From Oculina patagonica (Eukaryota), in NCBI RefSeq assembly GCF_052425735.1, contig NC_135765.1, forward strand, positions 992,001 to 1,056,000: a stretch of 64,000 nucleotides of DNA, read 5' to 3'. The translations under genes and the position numbers were made by a program. The stretch's first letter is position 1, and every line of letters begins with the position of its first letter. Positions 24,334-46,900 of this stretch are shown piece by piece. Below the pieces are notes generated by a model. It was not told the DNA's origin and ran no database searches. It saw nothing but the letters and a program-made list of their open reading frames with translations.

Positions 24334-25262
24334 CAGTTTAACATATTTAATAAAAGAAATAATTTGTGTAAAATTCTGTTCTGTGCAAATTTTAGTGTGT
24401 TTAATTGGTGACAGTTTGTAGAGAGTGTATTTTTAATGAGATCCAAACATACCGGTAGGCACCAATATTAAATGAAAAACTTGTTCAATGTAGATGTATG
24501 AAAGTTCACTACGAATAAAGATTTAAAAGTACTGTTTGGTGCTGTGGGAAGTGTATATTTGCTGTTACATTTTCAGTTTCCCTGACATTTTCTGTTAATT
24601 TTCCTGCATAACTTGACTTGGTGATACAAATGTATAGAAAACTGAAAAGTGAATAATTTCCATGATTCCCATTACACACAAAGAAATATTACAATTTCTC
24701 ATTTTCTTGATGACTGAAAACTTTTTTTCTAGCTGTGAATTTTTTTCAGAGCTCAATAAGTGAAATTCATACAGACTTTTTGGAAAGTACGGCCTGAAAG
24801 CTAAGAATTGTACTAAAAAATTAATTATGTACTCTAATTGTACATTTGTACAAATTGTACAAACGGAGTAGAACAAAAACACCTCACCCCACCCCTGTCA
24901 AGTTACCGAACATGCATCCTCAGAACCCGTTTAAATGACGTCACAATAGTGTCCCGATCAAAGGTTGATCGGGTCATCCATCATCGTCGCTTTCGGCTCG
25001 GGTAAAATACAACAATTTCTTGTCTCTTAGAATACGGAAACGCTCAATAGATACAATACTGGAATAATACAAGTACGTTGTGAAAACTCGGCCCAGTCTT
25101 GGGTTGTTTTGACGCAAAATGGGGTGATATAAAGAAATGCGCGCGCATGTGGCCGGCGGGAAGCTTGTCCTCGTGAGTGACGGGTCGTGTGGACTTTGTT
25201 CGCGAGTCGAGTTGGTTCTTTCTTTTTGATCAAAGTCTGTTGACAGTGGACGGCCAGTAAGC

Positions 25263-36457
<11,195 letters not shown>

Positions 36458-37350
36458 ACAGGATCTTTAAACCTGGAGAATATTCAAACTTCCTGGAAAA
36501 TCTCCTAGCACCAGGCTACAAAACTAATCTTCATTACGTAGAAAAAATCTTACTGATAATTACTTTGCTTTATTCATATTCTGAGATAATCTTATAGCTG
36601 ACAGTCCCTTTGACAGAATGCAAAATTTAAAGTTCCTAAATGTTAAAAAAATTCATGCCCTGAGATTGAAATCCTCTGAGACAAGCTTACAGTACTGTGA
36701 AGTATACAATGTTGTAGGCATTTGCCCAGTTAAAATTCAAAGGATATTTTATTATGGGGCATTATGTAAACAAAATATCATTTTAATATATCACGGCTTT
36801 TATTTGAAAAGGATATTTCATGTAATAATTTTACAGCTTGCACATCTTGTCTGGTGCAAACTAATTTTGTGGGACAATGTGTAAGTCGGAGTTCTGGTTT
36901 CTATATTTTGTGGAAGTTCAGGCACCGACACCGGAATGATGTAGCTGGCATACTGGCAAAGACGTTCTCACAAATAAAAACAAGTTTTGTGACTGTTAAT
37001 GTGTGTTGTTGTATTTTAGTCACACTTACTTACTTACTACACAATGCTGGCCAACAAAGCAACTGCGTTTCTTGCGAAGCGGACGCTGGGGGATTTTACA
37101 CTGATGACGTCACACTACTCAGAGAGTGCCCCCGATTGGTTAAAATAATTCGTTAATAACCAATCAGAAGAACTTCCCAGATATTGTCGTGATCAGTATG
37201 GAATTTTCAGTCGCATCGGTGGGACATTTTTTTCTCGAGTGGACGCACTCAGTCTACGAAAGAGCGCGTACTGAAAAATGAAGGAGGAGCTTTTATAATG
37301 CAAATATTTTGTAAAGGAAAACTTACATTTAGCGTGAAATCCATTGACGG

Positions 37351-40300
37351 CTATGCAAGTTTATCAACTACCTCCCGTATGCTTTCTATATGCTTTGGCT
37401 GCATTAAACAACATCCTCCTGCCAAAAGATGCAAAAATCATAAAAAGTGGCAAATTTTCATACACCCCTTGCCCCCTTTCCCTCCCAAAACAATGTTGAA
37501 ATATTGTTGCAAGGTTGGCTGAATAAAACTTGACATTACATCAGGGGGTGGAGGGGACAAAGATCATTATTTGTCGCCTAAAAGGCGATAAGTAACATCT
37601 CCATGCACCATTGAATGTTGTTGGTGAAGAGCATAAAACAATGAGTGGAGTGTGATGCGTGATAGTTTGGTGGCGAACAGACCCACAAAACCGAGGAGGA
37701 AGGTCTGGAAACTAATCATGTCGAGGTCACTGGTTTGTCGTTTTAATAAATTTGGTCCCAACTCCCAATAAGTGCCTACAATAAACCTTTACTGCCTCGT
37801 CCCCAGGCGCCGATTGGCCGGACGTTGAGGCGGTAGGGCGGGAAAACAGGGTGCGCGGGGGATGATGGTTAGGGAGCGAGAACGCCAAGCGAACCGTGCA
37901 CATCAGTCCCACAACGCCAAGCGAACCGTGCTCGACCAAGGGAGAACGCCTGGGGACGAGGCAGAAACCTTTACCAGTCAACCCAATATCCACTGAAGTA
38001 GTCAAGTATGAACTATTGCCAAGTTACTTTTTCCCTGTGTTTCAAAACCAGGGTTGCTATAAAACATTTAGTACGTGAAAATGCAGAGTTCTATTTGTAT
38101 GAAAAAGAACATACTAATTAACCCGTTGATTCTTGAAAAAAGCGTATTTTTTGGACAGTTTTGGGCTACATCTGCTCCAAGCTACCCGAAACAACATTTA
38201 CAACAGGAAAGTACGCCTTTCTTTCCTCTAGCATCCCATTTTACGGCATTTTTGTTCGGGCATGTGAATCATCCAAACAGGAAATTTTTGCCATCGAAGA
38301 GCCAAGGGTGGTTGAAGCAAATTTTCCTACGAGTTTTTCACTCAATTTTTTAAGCATTTCTGTGGGTATTTTAAGCTCAATTGACCCAGTCACTCTAATC
38401 AGGGAATCATTGGAAAGAGCTTTTCCTCCCGCAGAGATTGAGTATAAGTGATGCCTTTTTTGATCAAAGATGATGACGTCACAAGTAGAACAAAGGGCAA
38501 CGTTCGTCACTGCCAGTTTTGGCCGGCACGGGAGCCAATGGGTTAATAAATCATGTTTTCATATGAAAGGTTTTGCACCAGGATTCGTTTTTAAACATGT
38601 TGAAATTGGTACAAAAACCTCGGAAATGGCCTGTTTGTGTACATAATGTAGGTTTGTTAGAAACTGCCCATAGCTAATCTAGATCGTGTTGCCGGGTAAA
38701 CTTACCAATCCACCGAGCACCAACTTCTATCCACTCCAGCACATAACTTGATATGTTGCTGTTGTAGGTAGCGGTTCTAGGCTCCAATTCAATTTCATCT
38801 GCCCATTTAAATCTGAGAAATAAGTCATAATAATTATTGGGTACGGTTGATTAAAATGTCGTGATTTGCAAGTGGTGAGCAAAGTGACGAGCAATGACGA
38901 TAATATCAGTTTGCACGATACACAGTTAGGCGCCCGTGAGCTGAGTATAATTTGTAGACAGTTATTTGGCGTTGACGTACCAATCAAAAGAAAGGTAAAA
39001 CTACATGGAATGACAATAAACTGTGTGGTGTACCTGCGGACTAACTGGTGCGTCCTTCACATTTTGTTGGGCAATTCTGTTGGACGCACCGTTACCATAG
39101 CTATGTAAAGTACTAATTAAAAACGTTTGATAACCAGTAAGTTCTGGGCCGGGATTTACTAGTCGGAGGTTAAGACTGATGAAGATGACGATCTTGATTG
39201 AATTCTAAATCTCATTTCACGTCTACTTTACCTAATAACATACAGTAGAGCCTGGGCTGGATTTTATAACAAATATGCTTTGAACTGCAAATGATGGGAT
39301 AAGAAAACAAACTCACGTTCCTACTCTCCACTCCTCGCCACTGTTAGGGTAAACAACAAAGGGAAGATCAACTTTCCCTTTAATGCCCTGCAATAAGGAC
39401 TGCGTGAAAAACGAAAAGTCAGTCACAGAAGTAACTTTGTCTAACATGTAAGGCTATGTTAACAAGGGGACCGGTTCCAAACGGATCCTAATGGATCTGG
39501 TCCGAAAATCAGATAGCTCTTCTGTTTACAAGGGGCCGTTCTGGAACCGGTCCGGAACGGATTCAAACGGATCCAAAATTGGACTGGTTTCATGTTTTGC
39601 AGGGGGGAGACACCTGGATCGGTTACAAACGGTTCCGGTACGTGTCGGGTCCCGTGTAAACGTAGCTTTTAGAGTTTGCTTGATTTAACACCTGTCCAGT
39701 AGTTTTCCTTGCACTGCTTACACTTGAAAGAAGAGATACCAAAAATAAACGAAATTACTATTGCAACACTAACTATTTTTGTTGCTGTTTCTTTCTCTCT
39801 TTACCATGTTTACTCTCTTTTCTCATAACGTCTTCTATGTTAAAAGTATCAGAGGAAGAAGTGGTACGTGTTAAGTCGGTTTGGCGTGCAAGTGAAAAGA
39901 CTTACCCAGGAAATGTTTCAGGCAAGAAAAAAAACGTTTGTTGTAGCGTTGCAATGATCGTTGTGAAAAGTAGAAATCTTCTCTACTTCGAGTTACGTTT
40001 GCATCAACAAAAATATTGCGAGTAAATAAGAGGTGAAGTCGCGTACACAACAACCGTAGATGGAACTGGTGTAGAGAATAGTAAAACGTGGAAGGCAGTG
40101 GCGTAGAAACTAAAATTAGGTAGCGTAGCTAGGAGAGGTGTGGAGAACATTAAGGCATATTGAAAGAGGTGCGTCAAAGAGTTGTGGATAAGCATAGTCT
40201 AGCGTAGGAAATTGTCATATTTGAGCACTGTGTTAGGGAAGACCTTAGCTCTTAGCTTCACAAAATTATTCACGTAGTTTAATACAAACCGTCACAAACC

Positions 40301-41710
40301 AGGGAGCAGTACAGTTCACACCCACAGCGACAATCTAAGAACAGAAAAACTGCACAAGTTCAGTCCTTGCAGACTTAAAATTAATATACAAACGAATTCT
40401 GGGTTTAAAACAATTTAAAAGTTTAAGAAAGTGAGTAAAATGTCCGCGACCGAGTATAGTGATGGCATCGAACAAGAAAAAGATCATTCAGTAGTATCCC
40501 AGAACACTTTCTTGTTACTGAACTCCACAACAGGAGACTAAGTGAGAATACCCACTTTATATGTTTTACGTGTTTCTTTGGCCTTCTATTTCATGGTCGA
40601 TTGAAGCAAAAGTGAAATAATATAAAATATTAGTTACTACTAAGTAGTTTCACTTTACATTCTTGTTTGAAGTTATCCTTACTTGTTTTGACTGGCTGGC
40701 AATTTTACTGACAACATCAGAGAACGGTTCTCCATGACAAGTGTGAGTTCCATCCTAAAATAATAATTGCAACATATTGTGAGGGGTAAGGTTTTCTTAT
40801 GCTCTCAGATTCCATTATTTCATTCATTTTGCACTTATTACCTTGCATGACAAGCTTAGCCACGCTTTTGCTGTAGGAAATTCCTTGAGAAGCTCAATCA
40901 AAGCCTCTGCTTCTTTCTGATAATACAAAAGAAACAATATTGGTTTTCCTGTAAGAAACGTAACAGTCCAATTTAAGCATTGTGCAAAAAGAGGTTATTC
41001 CATGCCCATTTCTGCGTACCATGGTCTATTCCATGCCAGTCAATTCAACTAGGTATAATAGTCTTATATTCCAGACTGATTCTCCTGATCTTCCAAAAGA
41101 AGGCCCAGCCCCAGCAATCTGTGATGTACTGATAGCCACTACCACCCCCACAAACCTTTGCCTGGTAATATTTTTGTTGAGAACACAGTCAGTTTATTTG
41201 CCAGCTATAAAAAATTAGGTGGGTGCTGTACAATTGGGTCATACTTGCAGCTGAACCTTCAAGGACAGTCCCCTTACGGGAGCCATGCTGCTTTACTGGG
41301 AAGTACTAGCTATTAAAAATAATACAACGTGCTGTGTTTGTGTGTCCTGGATGGCTGAGTGCATGAATTAAACAGAAGGTGACCTTTAGAACTGTATGTA
41401 TGCATACCTGAGCTGGGATGGTCTCCAAGGCTAGGATATCAACCCCATCTTTGATCAGAGCTTCCACTCTGGGTCTGTGCCAATTCATTAGCTCCTGTAA
41501 CACAAGGGTATGTGTTCTTAGAAGAAAATATCAATACATAGAAGTGTAAAACATTGAACAGGTGTTCAACTTCTGTTTTTAAAAGTGTCACTGGCCATGG
41601 TGAAGGCAGGGTTCAGGTTGCTTGCTATTTAACAACTCTTATAGTTAAATAGTCAGGAGCAACTAGGTTGAGTTAACATACTGTACAGATTACCGTAATA
41701 ATAATAATAA

Positions 41711-41754
<44 letters not shown>

Positions 41755-43807
41755 GTTTAATGATGATTCCACGAGGTGGCTCTAACATCAACATAGTGAT
41801 GCTATCTACAATTCTAATTACAATTGTGATATTACAGCATATATATTTTGTTTTTAAAGTCAAAGGCTGACAGGTCTGATTTTTTTTATGTATGTCATGT
41901 TGTTTCCTTTACCTGTGTTGTCATGTTGTCGACATATTTGCCTGTATACTCAGACCCATCATGCTGACATGCTCCATACGGCCCCACTGATCCAGCCACT
42001 AGCATCTTCCTTTGGCATTCTGCATTGCTACTGTAAATATTCAACACAAAGAAAAATTAGATAACTCAAATTAATCAAGGAATAAAGTTACAAATTGAAC
42101 TGGTTGTCATAACCTTTACCTGTATACTTCATGACAAGCTTCCTGAGCAATTTTCACTCCCTTGTGGATTACATCTAAAGCCTTGCTTTCATCAAGACCA
42201 CAGTGCTGTAACAGTCCGTCCAGGCTGACCTAGACACATAGCAAGTCAAGTTATTTACAAATAACTGTGTAACAAAAGTCATGTTGGATAAACTGATTCT
42301 GTAAGTGACTGATTTACCAGCTCTATGTACCTGATAAGTAGCAGTTATCACGATGTTTGCTCCACTTTCAAGGAAACTAAAAGTAAAATTAAATGAAATG
42401 TTATTTTAAATACTTTAGGTAACAATCAGGGCAAGAGCAATCAGGGATACATATACATATAGAGTTGTAGCTGGCAAAAAATCTAGCTATTGACAATGTA
42501 TTTATAATGTACCTGCCTTTAAAAAATCTCACTCGTTGGAAATCTTGGCCTAAAAAGACAATGTTTGACTTAGGGTATGCAAGGCACATATAGTAGTTCA
42601 GTCAAAGAATTTAACATTACATGGTGTAACATAAAATTAATGTAGAAGGAAAAATTACCATCCAAAACACAGAAAAATTTCAATTTATAATTATCATCAT
42701 AATAATTTATAATATTATTAAAAATATGTAATAAAAGCCCAGATATAGGTCTCAGTTTATGTATGAAATAATGCATCAAAGTTTGAAAATAAATCAATAT
42801 AATTTTTACATGCAAGCTTACATAGACGGCGGAGCCGGGGTGGCTGGGGGGACTTTAGCCCCCCTACTTTTTCTGAAAAAATACCGGTAAAGACTTACTA
42901 AGAGAAGAGTCTCTTAAGCCCCCCCACTTCAAGTCACTAGTCAGCCCCCCCACCTGGAAAAATGTTCCGCCGTCACTGGCTTACCTTTTGTGAACAGATT
43001 TTACAGCCTGCGGATTTTCAACAAGAACTCTTGCACTCCATAGTGGATCACCCTGAAAGGAAATCACAGGTTTAGATTTATAGAAAAAATATATTTGTGA
43101 CACTACGTACAGATAGTTAGCCATCCATACATTATGACTCGCAGATGCAGTATGATGAGCTATTATGTGCTACTAAGTTGGGTACTGTAAAGTGTTAACG
43201 TTATATTACCAACCAGGGATTCACAAGATTGAGAGGAAATTGGCATCAGTCGCTGCCTACTGTCTTGATTTGTGAGACAGTACAAATCTTCCCCTTTGCA
43301 TTAATAGAGAGGGAGAGGAAGGTCATGTCACCAATTGTGGAAGTGTACGACTTTTAGGCATCCTACTAATGAACAATTATGGCAACTAGCCATTTACAGT
43401 TGCGACAATTGTGTCCATGGCCCGGTCTGTCCCCTTTTAGAGAGTCAGCTTTGCTTGACAGCCACATCACTTGTGTTCTTGAATCAGCTGCATGGACTGT
43501 TAATTAATAGTTTATTTTGTATTAATTTTTATTATAACTTACTAGTATTACCTGATGTTTTTACCGTGTATAAAGAATTGTTAAATAAATAAATAAATAA
43601 AATAAATAGAATCATGATCAACCTTTCGACACTGATCAGCTGTGATACAGAAATCAACCTCGTCCCCAGGGCGCTTTTCCAATCGGGATAGCTTTCAAGG
43701 CAATTCGATTTACTTACATCAAGATTAAATCCAGCCCTGGTTAATTCTGTTGCTAGACCTCCATCTAACACAAGAAACTGTTCTTTACCACAAGAATCAC
43801 CAGACAT
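37351..43807 (-). CDS. Homocysteine S-methyltransferase (MmuM/SAM4/plant HMT type), 12 coding exons
   Basis: Exons 43807-43718 (VLDGGLATEL), 43052-42985 (GDPLWSA), 42376-42331 (ITATYQ), 42229-42120, 42030-41913 (VAGSVGPYGA..DGSEYTG), 41494-41408 (LALETIP), 40916-40842, 40754-40683, 40334-40290 (VGVNC), 39399-39317 (VVYPNSGE), 38812-38706 and 37418-37351 (GGCC..*). All three Zn-binding cysteines are present. Confidence 0.93.
37792..37964. mobile_element. MITE with a 9-bp TSD
   Basis: TIRs CTGCCTCGTCCCCAGGCG / CGCCTGGGGACGAGGCAG; perfect TSD AAACCTTTA. Confidence 0.8.
38122..38542. mobile_element. piggyBac-type MITE
   Basis: TTAA|CCCGTTG ... CAATGGG|TTAA. Confidence 0.65.
39452..39667. mobile_element. 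Harbinger-like MITE
   Basis: Imperfect TIRs GGCTATGTTAACAAGGGG / CCCGTGTAAACGTAGCT; internal GGAACCG/GGATCC repeats. Confidence 0.55.
41696..41753. repeat. (AAT)n microsatellite
   Basis: Direct reading. Confidence 0.9.
42821..42978. mobile_element. hAT-like MITE with a 5-bp TSD, abutting a splice donor
   Basis: Termini CATAGACGGCGGA / TCCGCCGTCACTG; TSD GCTTA. Confidence 0.7.
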
Positions 43808-43997
43808 TATAAACAGAAATGAGACAAATGCACAAGAAATGTCGATTTTGAACAGGCGCGCGATTTCCTTGGCTGCTAGTGGACTGGAACCAAGTTGGTG
43901 ATGCATGGAAACGAGGCCTGTTCGTTGCTAAAACAAGACCGAGCGCTAGATCTAAACTTGGAAAAGATTTGGTCGTTTTACCTTGTAATATTTCACC
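43808..43997. promoter_or_regulatory. Bidirectional promoter HMT/NME7
   Basis: 190 bp between divergent ATGs; RFX X-box-like half sites CATGGAAAC (43904-43912) and GTTGCTA (about 43924). Confidence 0.6.
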
Positions 43998-46900
43998 ATG
44001 GTAAGCTATTTTTCCGACTACTCTGTCCCTTGAATAGATCTGAAATAGTTAAATTGTGTCTTTGTACATTAACAGGCAGGATCAGATGACCGGTTCGCGT
44101 TTTTGGCGGAATGGTACGATCCCAGGGCTTCACTCATGAGAAAGTATCAACTTCTTTATTATCCCAGCGATTCCTCAGTAGAGATGGTAATGCCTTTATT
44201 TTAGTGTGTTAGCTATTGTTTCAATACTTATTGAAAGCTCAGATCTCAGAGCTCAGAAGTGCTTTTATATGCAGCCATTGATGGCATCAAGACCTAGAAG
44301 AAGGCACATTCTACAGAAGTTTTGTTAAAATCAAAGAAATGTTTAGGCAAGGCCAATTGGTAAACCTAAGTATAAACATGTAAAGTTGGTTTGAGCCTAC
44401 TGGTCCATCAAGCTGATGCTTGATGGACATACATCTCTTGTTTCATAAATATAGCGTGAAGCGACTGGGAGTATTTCTACCTCGCTGTCCTCCCTCCCTC
44501 CTCCCTACACACACACACTCACACACCCCTGCAAGCAATCATGATTAGCCACTGTCAAGGTTATGACAGTTTTTCCGCCTTTCAACCAATGGGAATTTTC
44601 TGTTTCTGGAGAAATGAGGAATTCATTATAATTATTTTTCCAAAGATGTCCACAGGCCCTCTTTTTTTTCGCTAACGTCCAGTTCTCTCTCTGTACTTTG
44701 AATTTTCCCCGCACTCATCAATTGAAAAAATACAAAAAATAGAGGGCTGTGAACCATCTATTAGGCCACTGCAGCACAGCAATCTGAGACATGAAAAACA
44801 TTTCTTTGTAAAGCTACATTATCTGTATTGGATTTGTCAGGTCTTTATCAGGTTGCTTGAATTATGGGGAAAAATTCAAATCTTGCAAAGAAAGATGCCT
44901 GAGCGTCTAACCAGACTAACAAAATTAAAGATTGAGGTGTCACCTACTTCATATATTTTTATTGTTTTTCTTCTAGTATGACATAAAGAATCGTCGTCTT
45001 TTCCTGAAGCGATCAATGATAGATGGTCTCCAGCTTCACCATCTTTTCATTGGAGCTGTTATTAACATCCATTCTCGCCAGGTAACACATCAAACAAATT
45101 TCATCATTAATTAGATAAAATATGTTACCAATGAAAGTAAATTAATTTAAGAAATATAGAGTTTTTTCCTCTATTTGCTTACTATTTGCAATTAATTATA
45201 AAATGTTCAAGGAATTGTACGTGCTGTGATTGGTCAGTTCAACTTCATTTAATAGCTCCATAAAGCACAAGGCTTACGTTACGCATGTGCTTTATTGAGT
45301 ATGCGTAATTTCTTTAACATTTTAAAAAGAAATAAAAAACTTTTTTCTTGTGCATTGTTGAATAATATATATTGGGAATTTTTAAGAACACATAATAAGT
45401 GCAAGAAGTACTCAGCTGCGCCTCATGCTTCTCTATGCACTTCTCTCGTGTTCTTTAAAATTCCTGCATGCCTTTATAACTCAACAATGCACTCGAGTGC
45501 CTTTTTTATTTCTTAAATAATATATTAGCCTTAGGTACCAGTTTTACTGAATGTTGACTTTCAGCAAGTTAGTGAGTAACCTGAGTTTTAGGCTTTTCTA
45601 AACGGGAAGGGAGGAAGAAAAGAAGTGCGACTTGGTCTGTTCCCTTCCCCCTCCCCTCAGGAAGGCCTGATACTCAGGTTAGTTAGGGAGCAGGTATTAA
45701 TTTCAGTTTTGTTCTTGTGATTGCAGTTATCAATTACAGACTATGCAGATGATCGTACATCAAACCTTCTGAGAGACAAGAATGAAAAGTGAGTTGATTT
45801 ATAATTGACTTCGAAAGTCCTTCAATTTTATACCAAACTTAAGTTATGTCAAACTTTGCTATGATGTGTTTTTACTTTGTTTTTCAGAACACTAGCTATG
45901 ATAAAACCAGATGCTATTGCACAAATGGGTATGTTTTGCTAAATCACTTTTCTTTCTCTCTGTTTAAATATATGTTTTTGAAGGCAAATTCTCAGCAGTT
46001 AAATTCACCTTAATTTGAATATTCTCCTGCATTTTTATTCTGTTCTGTCAAACAAATATATTTTCCAGTGGTTTGTAGTGCTAACAAAATTTGTGTATAA
46101 CTCCTCCACTTTCAATAATTATTCTGTTTGCCATAAACAAAACAAACTCTACTGAATTGAGTTTGATTGAGTTCGATTGAAATTAAGTTTGATTGGGTTC
46201 GATTTACTATGCTGAGTATACTGAGGTCAATTTTGTATCCAAGAGTAGCATTTGAGAACACAGAGCATAATCTAAACTGCAATAATTTTGTACTTTTGAA
46301 CAGGGAGTATAATCGACATGATCCATCAGAAAGGTTTCCTCATTTGTCAGGCTAAGATGGTCAGAATGACAAGGTGAGACTACCGGTAACCGTACTAACT
46401 AAAGAAAAAAAAAGTTGAAATTATTAACTAAAACAAAATGTTTACCCTTGGCTGATCACTAGCTGTTGCACGTAACTAAGTGTGTTTTCTGCTGGCTGAG
46501 GAACAAATTAAGTGGAAAATGTTTTTCTCACAGACATCTGGGAGCATGGTTTGGCTTGGCATGGCTTCCAGGCATGTGTGAGAAGCAGAACTATTTTCCA
46601 ACATGATTTAGTGAACGTGATTATAAAGCAGCATAAAATGTATGCAAATTAATCATGATTAATGCCAACTTTTGACTGCCAGTATATCATTAAAATAATT
46701 AACTGTCTGATAACAAATATTAAGATGGTATGCTGCTTTGTCTAACTTCTTTAATGTCCAATCGTTTATACAGGGATGAAGCATCAATATTCTACTCAGA
46801 ACACAAAGGGAATTCATTTTTCAAGTAAGTGTAGTCTGTTATGTTGTGCTTTTAATTTTAATTATTTATTAGACTTGAGGTCCAGAGGTCTGAGTCATTG

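Noticed and set aside
40488-40540. Possible alternative HMT exon after TTAG acceptor (SPVVEFSNKKVFWDTTE*)
   Set aside because: No similarity to HMT; the true GVNC exon is at 40334-40290.
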